From the IMG/VR virus record IMGVR_UViG_3300028960_000080, positions 1-41,900 of that record: DNA of 41,900 nt; one strand, written 5' to 3'. Made by a program: the position numbers and the translations under genes. Of this stretch, positions 8,502-16,515 are shown piece by piece (position 1 is the first letter of the stretch; every line of letters starts with the position of its first letter). This DNA is from a virus. Lineage: Duplodnaviria > Heunggongvirae > Uroviricota > Caudoviricetes. Below the pieces are notes generated by a model. The model worked only from the letters and a program-made list of their open reading frames with translations, was not told the origin of the DNA and did no database searches.

Positions 8502-8521
8502 AGGTCGGTCATGAGCACTAA
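8342..8521 (+). CDS. Alternative-frame small ORF (59 aa, TTG start) not in the ORF track
   Basis: GAAGGAGA Shine-Dalgarno at 8327..8334, 7-nt spacer, TTG start; translation ...[42 protein letters not shown]; stop overlaps the start of the O-like gene. Confidence 0.35.
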   Translation: MRQVNRWFKDHYGVPVRVIRWEPETQRVIYLREGYEHECFSPLEQFRRKFREIEVGHEH

Positions 8522-9452
8522 ATTAACCGGCTATGTATGGGATGGTTGCGCAGCGTCAGGCATGAAATTATCCAGCGTGGCAATTATGGCCCGCCTGGCT
8601 GATTTCAGTAATGACGAAGGTGTGTGCTGGCCATCAATTGAAACCATTGCCCGCCAGATTGGCGCGGGGATGAGTACCGTCAGAACGGCTATCGCACGGC
8701 TGGAAGCAGAAGGCTGGTTAACGCGTAAGGCGCGTCGCCAGGGTAACCGCAATGCATCGAATGTTTATCAGCTTAACGTTGCGAAGCTTCAGGCAGCGGC
8801 ATTTTCTCAACTGTCAGATTCTGACACGTCAAAATCTGACGCATCAAAATCTGACCCGTCAAAATTTGATGCGTCGAAATCTGGCAAAAAAGCGGGTTTT
8901 CACCCGTCAGAATCTGGCGGGGATCCGTCAGTAAAATCAAAACATGATCCGTCAGATAAAAAAACTTCTCGTCCGGACGCTTCGCAACCGGACACGCAGA
9001 CGGATGAACAGGATTTTTTAACTCGCCATCCTGATGCGGTTGTATTCAGCCCTAAAAAGCGCCAGTGGGGGACGCAGGATGATTTGACCTGCGCACAGTG
9101 GCTCTGGAAAAAAATCATCGCCCTGTACGAGCAGGCCGCCGAATGTGACGGCGAGGTGGTTCGTCCTAAAGAACCGAACTGGACAGCCTGGGCAAACGAA
9201 ATTCGCCTGATGTGTGTGCAGGATGGTCGTACTCACAAACAAATCTGCGAGATGTACAGCCGCGTCAGCCGCGATCCGTTCTGGTGCCGTAACGTGCTCA
9301 GCCCGTCGAAGCTGCGGGAAAAATGGGATGAGCTTTCCCTGCGCTTATCGCCGTCCGTCAGCACGTACACCGAAAAACGCGAAGACCCGTACTTCAAAGC
9401 CAGTTACGACAACGTGGACTACAGCCAAATCCCGGCAGGATTCAGGGGGTGA
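8511..9452 (+). CDS. Replication initiator (lambda O-like: N-terminal winged-helix iteron binder, internal iteron-encoded linker)
   Basis: N-terminal HTH resembling phage replisome organisers; gene contains the iteron array as lambda O contains ori; sits at the O position after cro/cII-like genes. Confidence 0.75.
   Translation: MSTKLTGYVWDGCAASGMKLSSVAIMARLADFSNDEGVCWPSIETIARQIGAGMSTVRTAIARLEAEGWLTRKARRQGNRNASNVYQLNVAKLQAAAFSQLSDSDTSKSDASKSDPSKFDASKSGKKAGFHPSESGGDPSVKSKHDPSDKKTSRPDASQPDTQTDEQDFLTRHPDAVVFSPKKRQWGTQDDLTCAQWLWKKIIALYEQAAECDGEVVRPKEPNWTAWANEIRLMCVQDGRTHKQICEMYSRVSRDPFWCRNVLSPSKLREKWDELSLRLSPSVSTYTEKREDPYFKASYDNVDYSQIPAGFRG
8811..8918 (+). repeat. Origin iterons (about six ~15-bp repeats of consensus cGTCAAAATCTGAC) followed by an A-rich tract
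   Basis: Direct repeats read in sequence: CTGTCAGATTCTGAC, ACGTCAAAATCTGAC, GCATCAAAATCTGAC, CCGTCAAAATTTGAT, GCGTCGAAATCTGGC, CCGTCAGAATCTGGC. Confidence 0.7.
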
Positions 9453-9943
9453 GCATGAGTCTTTTGAATGACGTTCAGAAATTCATTGAAGCCCATCCGG
9501 GCTGTACTTCCGGAGACATTGCGGATGCTTTTGCAGGTTACTCACGGCAGCGCGTTCTGCAGTCAGCAAGCAAGTTACGTCAGAGTGGGCGTGTGGCTCA
9601 CCGTTGTGAAGGAGATACACACAGACATTTCCCGCGCCTGACTGAGAGAGCGCAGGATCCGGAACCACAACCAGTTCGTGAAACCAGACCTGTGCGCAAT
9701 TTCTATGTCGGCACTAACGACCCGCGGGTGATTTTGTGCCTGACCCGCCAGGCGGAAGAACTGGAGTCCAGGGGCTTATACCGTCGTGCTGCAACGGTGT
9801 GGATGGCGGCATTCCGTGAAAGCCACTCCCAGCCAGAACGAAACAATTTTCTGGCGCGTCGTGAACGGTGTTTACGGAAAAGCAGTAAGCGGGCTGCATC
9901 GGGTGAAGAGTGGTATCTGTCAGGGAATTACGTGGGGGCTTAA
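9449..9943 (+). CDS. PerC-family transcriptional regulator-like protein (164 aa)
   Basis: C-terminal GLYRRAATVWMAAF resembles the GLWRRAA..W motif of PerC/Pch regulators (from memory). Confidence 0.55.
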   Translation: MSMSLLNDVQKFIEAHPGCTSGDIADAFAGYSRQRVLQSASKLRQSGRVAHRCEGDTHRHFPRLTERAQDPEPQPVRETRPVRNFYVGTNDPRVILCLTRQAEELESRGLYRRAATVWMAAFRESHSQPERNNFLARRERCLRKSSKRAASGEEWYLSGNYVGA

Positions 9944-10596
9944 TGAGTAATAAATATTGCCAGGCGCTGGTGGAACTGCGGAACAAACCAGCCCATGAAC
10001 TGAAGGAAGTGGGCGATCAGTGGCGCACGCCGGACAACATTTTCTGGGGAATTAACACCCTGTTTGGCCCGTTTGTTCTGGATCTGTTCACTGATGGTGA
10101 TAACGCCAAATGTGCTGCGTATTACACGGCGGAAGACAACGCGCTGGCGCATGACTGGTCAGAACGTCTTGTGGAGCTTAAAGGTGCTGCCTTTGGTAAT
10201 CCCCCATACAGCCGCGCCAGTCAGCATGAGGGGCAATACATCACCGGCATGCGTTACATCATGAAACATGCCAGTGCCATGCGTGATAAGGGTGGGCGCT
10301 ATGTTTTCCTGATCAAAGCTGCCACCAGCGAAGTGTGGTGGCCGGAAGATGCGGACCATATTGCTTTTATTCGCGGGCGTATTGGTTTTGAACTGCCTGC
10401 CTGGTTTATCCCGAAAGATGAGAAGCAGGTGCCGACAGGCGCTTTCTTCGCTGGTGCTATTGCTGTTTTCGACAAGACCTGGAAGGGACCGGCAATCAGC
10501 TACATCGGGCGCGATGAACTTGAGGCATGTGGTGAGGCGTTTCTGGTGCAGGTTCGCCAGCAGGCGGAAAAACTGGTCAGGGAGATGGCGGCATGA
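9943..10596 (+). CDS. Phage N6-adenine DNA methyltransferase (Dam-like)
   Basis: NPPY catalytic motif (FGNPPYSR); start overlaps the upstream stop (TAATG); typical nin-region phage methylase. Confidence 0.88.
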   Translation: MSNKYCQALVELRNKPAHELKEVGDQWRTPDNIFWGINTLFGPFVLDLFTDGDNAKCAAYYTAEDNALAHDWSERLVELKGAAFGNPPYSRASQHEGQYITGMRYIMKHASAMRDKGGRYVFLIKAATSEVWWPEDADHIAFIRGRIGFELPAWFIPKDEKQVPTGAFFAGAIAVFDKTWKGPAISYIGRDELEACGEAFLVQVRQQAEKLVREMAA

Positions 10597-10919
10597 CGAC
10601 GTTAACTCAATGCCAGCAGCAGGTGCTGGATATGCTGATTTCTTACCAGCAAGAACGTGGCTTCCCGCCAACTAATCAGGAGGTGGCAACCATGCTGGGA
10701 TACCGTTCAGTGAATGCAGCGGTGGAGCATCTTCGCGCACTGGAGAAAAAAGGCGTCATCACGATAAAGCGTGGCGTGGCCCGGGGGATAACGCTTCATA
10801 CCGCGGTGAAGGACGACGACAGCGAGGCGGTCGGGATTATCCGCTCACTGCTTGCCGGTGAGGAAAACGCCAGGCAGCGTGCAGCCCACTGGTTACATGA
10901 GAGGGGCCTGAAAGTATGA
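10593..10919 (+). CDS. LexA N-terminal DNA-binding-domain-only protein (108 aa)
   Basis: Residues 1-70 align by eye with the LexA N-terminal winged helix (QQQVLDMLISYQQERGFPPTNQEVATMLGYRSVNAAVEHLRALEKKGVI); no S24 peptidase domain. Confidence 0.7.
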   Translation: MTTLTQCQQQVLDMLISYQQERGFPPTNQEVATMLGYRSVNAAVEHLRALEKKGVITIKRGVARGITLHTAVKDDDSEAVGIIRSLLAGEENARQRAAHWLHERGLKV

Positions 10920-11305
10920 AGCTGATCTTGCCTTTCCCGCCCAGCGTGAACACGTACTGGCGACACCCCAACAAAGGGGCGTTTGCAGGTAAGAGCCTGA
11001 TAAGCGCGGCGGGGCGCAAATTCCAGAGCGCGGCGTGCGCAGCAATAGTTGAGCAGTTACGTCGTCTGCCAAAACCAACGTCGGCACCTGCTTCAGTGGA
11101 GATCGTGTTGTTTCCTCCGGATAACCGGATCCGCGATCTGGACAACTATAACAAGGCGCTGTTTGACGCCCTGACCCACGCGGGTGTGTGGGAAGACGAC
11201 AGTCAGGTGAAAAGAATGCTGGTGGAGTGGGGACCGGTTATCCCGGAAGGGAAGGTCGAGATCACTATCAGTAAGTACGAGAAAACGGCGGGTGCAGCCG
11301 CCTGA
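10916..11305 (+). CDS. rusA: Holliday-junction resolvase RusA
   Basis: RusA-like motifs (PPSVNTYW, RDLDNYNKALFDALT) and size; nin-region position. Confidence 0.9.
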   Translation: MKLILPFPPSVNTYWRHPNKGAFAGKSLISAAGRKFQSAACAAIVEQLRRLPKPTSAPASVEIVLFPPDNRIRDLDNYNKALFDALTHAGVWEDDSQVKRMLVEWGPVIPEGKVEITISKYEKTAGAAA

Positions 11306-11324
11306 TTAAGAGGAGAAACGAAGT

Positions 11325-12167
11325 ATGAATAATCTGATGGTCATTGATGGTATTGAAGTTCGTCGTGATGCTTATGGACGTTATAGCCTGAACGATCTGC
11401 ATCGCGCAGCAGTAGCATCTGGTGCAAATGCCAGAACCAAGGAGCCGGGAAAGTTTCTTTCCAGCCAACAGATTACTGAGCTGGTTCAGGAATTGATCGA
11501 TACCCAAAATCTGGGTGTCGGTTCATTCAATGAAACTACCCAAAATTTGGGTAGTAAACCTGTCAGTAAAATAGAAGGGCGGAATGGCGGAACATATGTC
11601 TGTAAGGAACTGGTGTATGCCTATGCAATGTGGATCAGCCCGTCATTCCATCTGAAAGTGATCCGTACTTTCGATATGGTAACCAGCGCACCGGAAAAAT
11701 TATCCGGGCAGGCTGCTGACAAGATGCAGGCTGGAGTGATTCTGCTGGACTTTATGCGCAGGGAGTTAAACCTGTCTAACTCTTCAGTGCTTGGTGCCTG
11801 TCAGAAACTCCAGGAGGCTGTTGGCTTACCGAATCTGGCACCGCGCTATGCCATTGATGCTCCTGCTGACGCGCCTGATGGCTCAAGCCGCCCCACGCTG
11901 TCACTGAGTGCACTGCTGAAGCAGTATGGTATCCGCCTGACAGCTAATCAGGCATATCACCAGATGGTGAAGCTGGGGATCGTCGAGCAGCGCGAACGAT
12001 ACAGCCGTACCGCGATTAACAACATCAAAAAATTCTGGTCGCTAACGGCGAAAGGCTGCATGTTCGGCAAGAACATCACCAGTCCCGCAAATCCGCGCGA
12101 GACGCAGCCGCATTTCTTCGAATCCCGATTCCCTGAGCTGTTAAAGCTGCTCGATACCGTTCATTGA
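11325..12167 (+). CDS. KilA-N domain protein (antirepressor-like)
   Basis: N-terminal KilA-N-like region (GTYVCKELVYAYAMWISPSFHLKVIRTF); strong AGGAG Shine-Dalgarno. Confidence 0.7.
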   Translation: MNNLMVIDGIEVRRDAYGRYSLNDLHRAAVASGANARTKEPGKFLSSQQITELVQELIDTQNLGVGSFNETTQNLGSKPVSKIEGRNGGTYVCKELVYAYAMWISPSFHLKVIRTFDMVTSAPEKLSGQAADKMQAGVILLDFMRRELNLSNSSVLGACQKLQEAVGLPNLAPRYAIDAPADAPDGSSRPTLSLSALLKQYGIRLTANQAYHQMVKLGIVEQRERYSRTAINNIKKFWSLTAKGCMFGKNITSPANPRETQPHFFESRFPELLKLLDTVH

Positions 12168-12168
12168 G

Positions 12169-13164
12169 GTGACCGTGAGAGCACTACTGACCCCTGAAAT
12201 TGCCCCGCGTATGGGGATCGTATTGTTCAGACCAGGTTCAGAGCTGATGCCCCTGTTTATGCAGGGGCATGTCCTGCTGGAGCCTGAGCCGGAACGTTAT
12301 TCATCTTTCGCCAGTGGTGCCGTTCCGGCGGCATCACAACCGCTGGCGGATGATCCTGCCGTTCGGGCCGTGTTCCGCAATGAGGCAGTGATCCGTCGTG
12401 CTGGTGGCGTGGAATGTCTTGAAAGCTGGTTACTTCGTGAAAAAGGCTGCCAGTGGCCTCATTCCGACTGGCACAGCGAGAACATGACAACAATGCGACA
12501 CGCGCCGGGCGCAATCCGTCTGTGCTGGCACTGCGATAACCAGTTGCGCGATCAGTTCACGGAACGGCTGGAATCAATGGCAACGGATAACTGTGCCCGC
12601 TGGGTGTTGTCTGTTGTGCGTCTGGATCTCGGTTTTGATGACAGTCACGTTGTGACAATGCCGGAACTGTGCTGGTGGCTGATTCGTAATGATCTGGCGG
12701 ATGCCTTACCGGAAAGTGCAGCCCGTAAGGCACTGAGATTACCGAAGCCTGTTGTGCCGTCTGTCACCCGGGAAAGTGATCTTGTGCCTTCGGTTCCTGC
12801 CACCAGCATCATCCAGGATAAAGCGAAAAAGGTGCTGGCGCTGAAAGTGGATCCGGAGTCGCCGGAGTCTTTTATGTTACGCCCTAAACGTCGCCGCTGG
12901 GTTAACGAAAAGTACACGCGCTGGGTTAAGACGCAGCCGTGTGCATGTTGTGGAAAGCCTGCTGATGATCCCCACCACCTGATAGGTCACGGTCAGGGTG
13001 GAATGGGTACAAAAGCGCATGACCTCTTTGTGTTGCCTTTGTGCAGAAAGCATCACGACGAGCTGCATGCGGATACCGTGGCATTTGAAGAGAAGTATGG
13101 CTCCCAGCTGGAGCTGATATTTCGTTTTATCGACCGTGCGTTGGCAATTGGTGTGCTAGCCTGA
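12169..13164 (+). CDS. DUF968-like phage protein with C-terminal HNH/zinc-binding-like motif
   Basis: C-terminal CACCGKPADDPHHL...CRKHHDELH motif; lies between the KilA-N gene and Q; GTG start with adjacent GAGG. Confidence 0.55.
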   Translation: MTVRALLTPEIAPRMGIVLFRPGSELMPLFMQGHVLLEPEPERYSSFASGAVPAASQPLADDPAVRAVFRNEAVIRRAGGVECLESWLLREKGCQWPHSDWHSENMTTMRHAPGAIRLCWHCDNQLRDQFTERLESMATDNCARWVLSVVRLDLGFDDSHVVTMPELCWWLIRNDLADALPESAARKALRLPKPVVPSVTRESDLVPSVPATSIIQDKAKKVLALKVDPESPESFMLRPKRRRWVNEKYTRWVKTQPCACCGKPADDPHHLIGHGQGGMGTKAHDLFVLPLCRKHHDELHADTVAFEEKYGSQLELIFRFIDRALAIGVLA

Positions 13165-13181
13165 TTTGGTGGAGAAAGTTG

Positions 13182-13535
13182 ATGTGTGATATGTATGAAG
13201 TATTAGACCGTTGGGGAGCGTGGGCTGCGGCAGAGAACAGTGGTGTGGATTGGCAACCGGTAGCCGCTGGCTTCAAGGGGCTTTTACCTCATGGCAGAAA
13301 GTCCCGGATTCAGTGCGATGATGATGAAGGCATCATGATTGATGGCTGTGTCGCCCGCCTGCGGAAGTATAAACCAGAAGAATATGAGCTGATCATTGCT
13401 CATTTTGTGATTGGTATCTCATTACGCACCATTGCTAAGAAAAGAAAATGCTCTGATGGAGCAATTAGAAAAGAGCTTCAGGGAGCTATAGGGTTTATAT
13501 CAGGTATTCTATTATTGTTAGGCGAAGCCCTCTAG
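13182..13535 (+). CDS. Q: Late antiterminator Q (phage 82 / QuuD type)
   Basis: VLDRWGAWAA...AAGFKGL...RIQCDDD...GCVARLRK closely resembles DLP12 QuuD as I recall it; ATG at 13182 with GGAGA Shine-Dalgarno. Confidence 0.8.
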   Translation: MCDMYEVLDRWGAWAAAENSGVDWQPVAAGFKGLLPHGRKSRIQCDDDEGIMIDGCVARLRKYKPEEYELIIAHFVIGISLRTIAKKRKCSDGAIRKELQGAIGFISGILLLLGEAL

Positions 13536-13545
13536 GGCTCCGCTT
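13522..13545. terminator. Short hairpin between convergent Q and methyltransferase genes (possible bidirectional terminator)
   Basis: AGCCC-TCTA-GGGCT stem-loop followed by CCGCTTTTAAAG; weak stem. Confidence 0.3.
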
Positions 13546-14586
13546 TTAAAGTGATGCGATGATAGCCCTTCCAAGAGCTTCAGCCATCTTGGGAGGGACT
13601 GCATTCCCTATCTGTTTGGCTTTCGAGACTAAAGAGCCTGTGAAGGAATAGTCTAATGGGAAAGTCTGTAATAACGCAGCCTCTCTAACAGAAATAGCCC
13701 TATCTTGCTCTGGATGTCCGAAACGTCCATTCGAATAGCTTATACATCTAGTTGTTAATCCACTTGCTGGTTTGTCCCAAGAAAGCCGTCCATAAACATC
13801 AGTATGCCCTTTATATTTTTTATGGCATTTTAGTATAAGTTCTTCAGGCCAAGATTCTCTACCTTTTCCCTCAGGAGTCGCTTTAATACGTTTAATATTT
13901 AGATCAGATAGTTTGGCTGCTGTATGATCCATAACATCTTTATGAGTTTCACCGGCAGCAATAGGAGGTAATCCGCCGATCCAGTCTCTGACAGTTGCAT
14001 ACGGAGTTTTTAACCCATCATGAGTTTGTGATGGAAGCTTAATATTCGTGTGTTTTGACGCCAGTAAAACAAAACGTTCACGTGTTTGAGGAACCCCGAA
14101 CCACAACGCAGGAATCACACCAAAATCAACGTTGTAGTGATGATGTGCTAAAACCTCAAGAAATTTCTGGAAATTTCCATTGTTAATATCGACATTTTGG
14201 ATTCCTGGTACATTCTCTACCAGTACAAAGTCTGGCGTATAATAAGAGACAAACCGTGCAAACTCAGTAAGCAGATCTTTTCTCGGATCATCCTCGTTCC
14301 GTATTTTATTTTGTTTCGAGAATGGTTGACATGGAGCACAACCACAAAATAGGGTTAGAGCTTTGCTTTGTGTTGACGCACAAACCAGATGCTTAATTTC
14401 CTCAACGTGTGTATCTTTGATATCACCATTGATAAAATGTGCAAATGGATTATTCATTTTAAAGGTGTTAGCGGAATCTAGATCAATATCTAAACCGAAA
14501 ATAATTTCCATTCCCACCGCTTTTAGGCCTACACTGGTTCCGCCGCAGCCGGAAAAGAAATCGTAAACGTGTATCTTTTTAGCCAT
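13546..14586 (-). CDS. DNA cytosine-C5 methyltransferase (Dcm-like)
   Basis: Canonical C5-MTase motifs in order: I (DFFSGCGG), IV (GCAPCQPFS, catalytic Cys), VI (LVENV), VIII (QTRERFVLL); AT-rich by eye. Confidence 0.92.
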   Translation of the reverse strand: MAKKIHVYDFFSGCGGTSVGLKAVGMEIIFGLDIDLDSANTFKMNNPFAHFINGDIKDTHVEEIKHLVCASTQSKALTLFCGCAPCQPFSKQNKIRNEDDPRKDLLTEFARFVSYYTPDFVLVENVPGIQNVDINNGNFQKFLEVLAHHHYNVDFGVIPALWFGVPQTRERFVLLASKHTNIKLPSQTHDGLKTPYATVRDWIGGLPPIAAGETHKDVMDHTAAKLSDLNIKRIKATPEGKGRESWPEELILKCHKKYKGHTDVYGRLSWDKPASGLTTRCISYSNGRFGHPEQDRAISVREAALLQTFPLDYSFTGSLVSKAKQIGNAVPPKMAEALGRAIIASL

Positions 14587-14589
14587 TAT

Positions 14590-16380
14590 CTACCTCACTC
14601 TTGGTCTGATAGTATCATTATCTAAAAAGATTTGCAGCAACTCTCGAGTTTTTGTTAACACTTCATGATTATTTGGTATTTTATTAAGAATTCTGATTTG
14701 TGTTTCAAAGATATCGTCACTGGTAACGTTCTCCAACCCTGTGTCTAACTTACAAAGTTCTTTGGTGATTTCTTTAGCATCTTGAATGTTTTTGGGGATT
14801 TGATCTTTATATTCTTTATAATCACCATGAACATTCTCAATAAGAAATGCTTCAGGAGTATAAACAGGAAGAAAAGCAATTTTATCGTGGATGAAATCGA
14901 TAAAATTTCTTTGCATTGTGTATTTTTGATTGTTATTTGATGAGCCATTAGAACCATCACAACTAAATTTTATATCCTGATTGGTTATTTCTTTTATGAT
15001 GTTTTGAAGGTTTGTGTTTTGATTTTCTGGTATGGAATCAGAAGTTGGATAATCATCAGTTCTCGATTGGTCACCATCTAATAAGAAAATAACGTTTTTA
15101 ACATTGGCAACACATAAAGGCACAGCCAAAGTTTGAAGAATACTTCCCGCTCCTCCAGGAACATGTTTTACTTCGAAGGAGTTTAATAATGCTTCACCAC
15201 CCGCTTTAAGCGCCTTTTCTACAAACCTCTTCGCTAACCGATCTTCTACAATAACGGTTCTTTTATCAATGCGTTCACCAAGAATAAAGAAAGATTCTTC
15301 TGGACTGACATTTTGAAGAACATCAACCTTTCCTATTTTATCATTCAGACAGAATAATTTTATGGCATTTTTAGGCAAGTCTTTTACTATTGTTGATGAA
15401 TGTGTGGATATGACAATTTGATGTTTCTTTTTAAGTGCTTGTTCTGATAAAAATTCCATCAATTGACATTGAGCAGAAGGGTGAAGTGATACTTCAGGTT
15501 CATCTAGCAGAATTAAAGATGCATCAGGGCTATCCATTAGTTTATGCACTAATATAGATACAGCAAATTCCCCACTGCCTGCGAAAGCTTCAGAATATTT
15601 TAAGTTTTCTGATTGAAGAATAATTGTGGGAGCTTTGTCATTAGTGAATAAGCTATGTTCAATAAGGCGGATGCTTGTGTATTTGCGACCTAAAATCTTG
15701 CTGATTGCCTCTACCTTACTTTTTTCTAATAAAGTGTTAACAAATAGCTTGTCTTTTTTTCCTTTATGAGGTTGATATTTTTTAAGATCGTTATCTATAA
15801 TGTCTTTTAGCATCTGACTGCGTTTTCTAAGATAATCTTTCTTAGGGTATGTATGAAAATCAGAGTGATAAAAGAACTTATCAAATGCACTGATAGTTGC
15901 TCTGAAATCTAAATATATTACATTTTTGTCAATAGCTTTCCACCTGGTCCTTAGTTGATTGGTTGAGATTTTTGTACTAGGCATTGGAGCCATGTTGTCG
16001 GATTTTAATGGTCTGGATGGTTCCCAGTAATCAGGATCATTTTCTTTAGAGATTCGAGTTTTAATTACTTCAACAATTGAATCAGTAGCTTTGTCATAAT
16101 ATCCATAAATAAATCTAGAACGACCACCATCTTTAATCTCATCTACATCTGTAGAAAACCATAAGCTACCCAGAGAATAGTTGTTTGGAGAACCGAATAG
16201 GGCTCTTAAAACAGAACTTTTATTGGTTCCGTTTTGACCAACTAATGCTGTAATTGGATACTCAAAATCAATCTTGCTACCCTCTGCAAGGTTTTTAAAA
16301 AAAGGAAAACGAATATGTCTAATAAATGGCTCAATTTTAGACGATGCCATAATTTTCTTTAGTTTTAATTCTGTGCTCAT
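14590..16380 (-). CDS. ABC-type ATPase fused to a TOPRIM-like nuclease domain (OLD-family-like / fused PARIS-like), 596 aa
   Basis: Walker A (GQNGTNKSS), Walker B (LILLDEPEVSLHP), H-loop (ISTHS) in the N-terminal half; C-terminal TVIVED and FLLDGDQ fit the TOPRIM Glu and DxD motifs; 3-nt gap to the methyltransferase gene; start could instead be the ATG at 16350. Confidence 0.8.
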   Translation of the reverse strand: MSTELKLKKIMASSKIEPFIRHIRFPFFKNLAEGSKIDFEYPITALVGQNGTNKSSVLRALFGSPNNYSLGSLWFSTDVDEIKDGGRSRFIYGYYDKATDSIVEVIKTRISKENDPDYWEPSRPLKSDNMAPMPSTKISTNQLRTRWKAIDKNVIYLDFRATISAFDKFFYHSDFHTYPKKDYLRKRSQMLKDIIDNDLKKYQPHKGKKDKLFVNTLLEKSKVEAISKILGRKYTSIRLIEHSLFTNDKAPTIILQSENLKYSEAFAGSGEFAVSILVHKLMDSPDASLILLDEPEVSLHPSAQCQLMEFLSEQALKKKHQIVISTHSSTIVKDLPKNAIKLFCLNDKIGKVDVLQNVSPEESFFILGERIDKRTVIVEDRLAKRFVEKALKAGGEALLNSFEVKHVPGGAGSILQTLAVPLCVANVKNVIFLLDGDQSRTDDYPTSDSIPENQNTNLQNIIKEITNQDIKFSCDGSNGSSNNNQKYTMQRNFIDFIHDKIAFLPVYTPEAFLIENVHGDYKEYKDQIPKNIQDAKEITKELCKLDTGLENVTSDDIFETQIRILNKIPNNHEVLTKTRELLQIFLDNDTIRPRVR

Positions 16381-16411
16381 TTTTTATACTGAAATGGTTG
16401 CAAGGTAATGT

Positions 16412-16440
16412 ATTTTACGAAAATGCTAACGCGTACGCAA
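16412..16440 (-). promoter_or_regulatory. Candidate sigma-70 promoter for the Q-S cassette (TTGCGT - 17 nt - TAAAAT)
   Basis: Read on the minus strand: -35 at 16440..16435, -10 at 16417..16412, about 30 nt upstream of the ATG at 16380. Confidence 0.4.
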
Positions 16441-16485
16441 AAATCATTGTAATCTGTTAAGAGTGGTTACTTCGCCACACAGCTT

Positions 16486-16515
16486 AAACCCGCCGTCGAG
16501 CGGGTTTTGTCGTTT
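16486..16515 (+). terminator. tR'-like intrinsic terminator upstream of the lysis genes (end of a short late leader RNA)
   Basis: CCCGC-CGTCGA-GCGGG hairpin followed by TTTTGTCGTTTC on the plus strand; no upstream plus-strand gene nearby; position matches lambda pR'-6S-tR' architecture. Confidence 0.55.
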
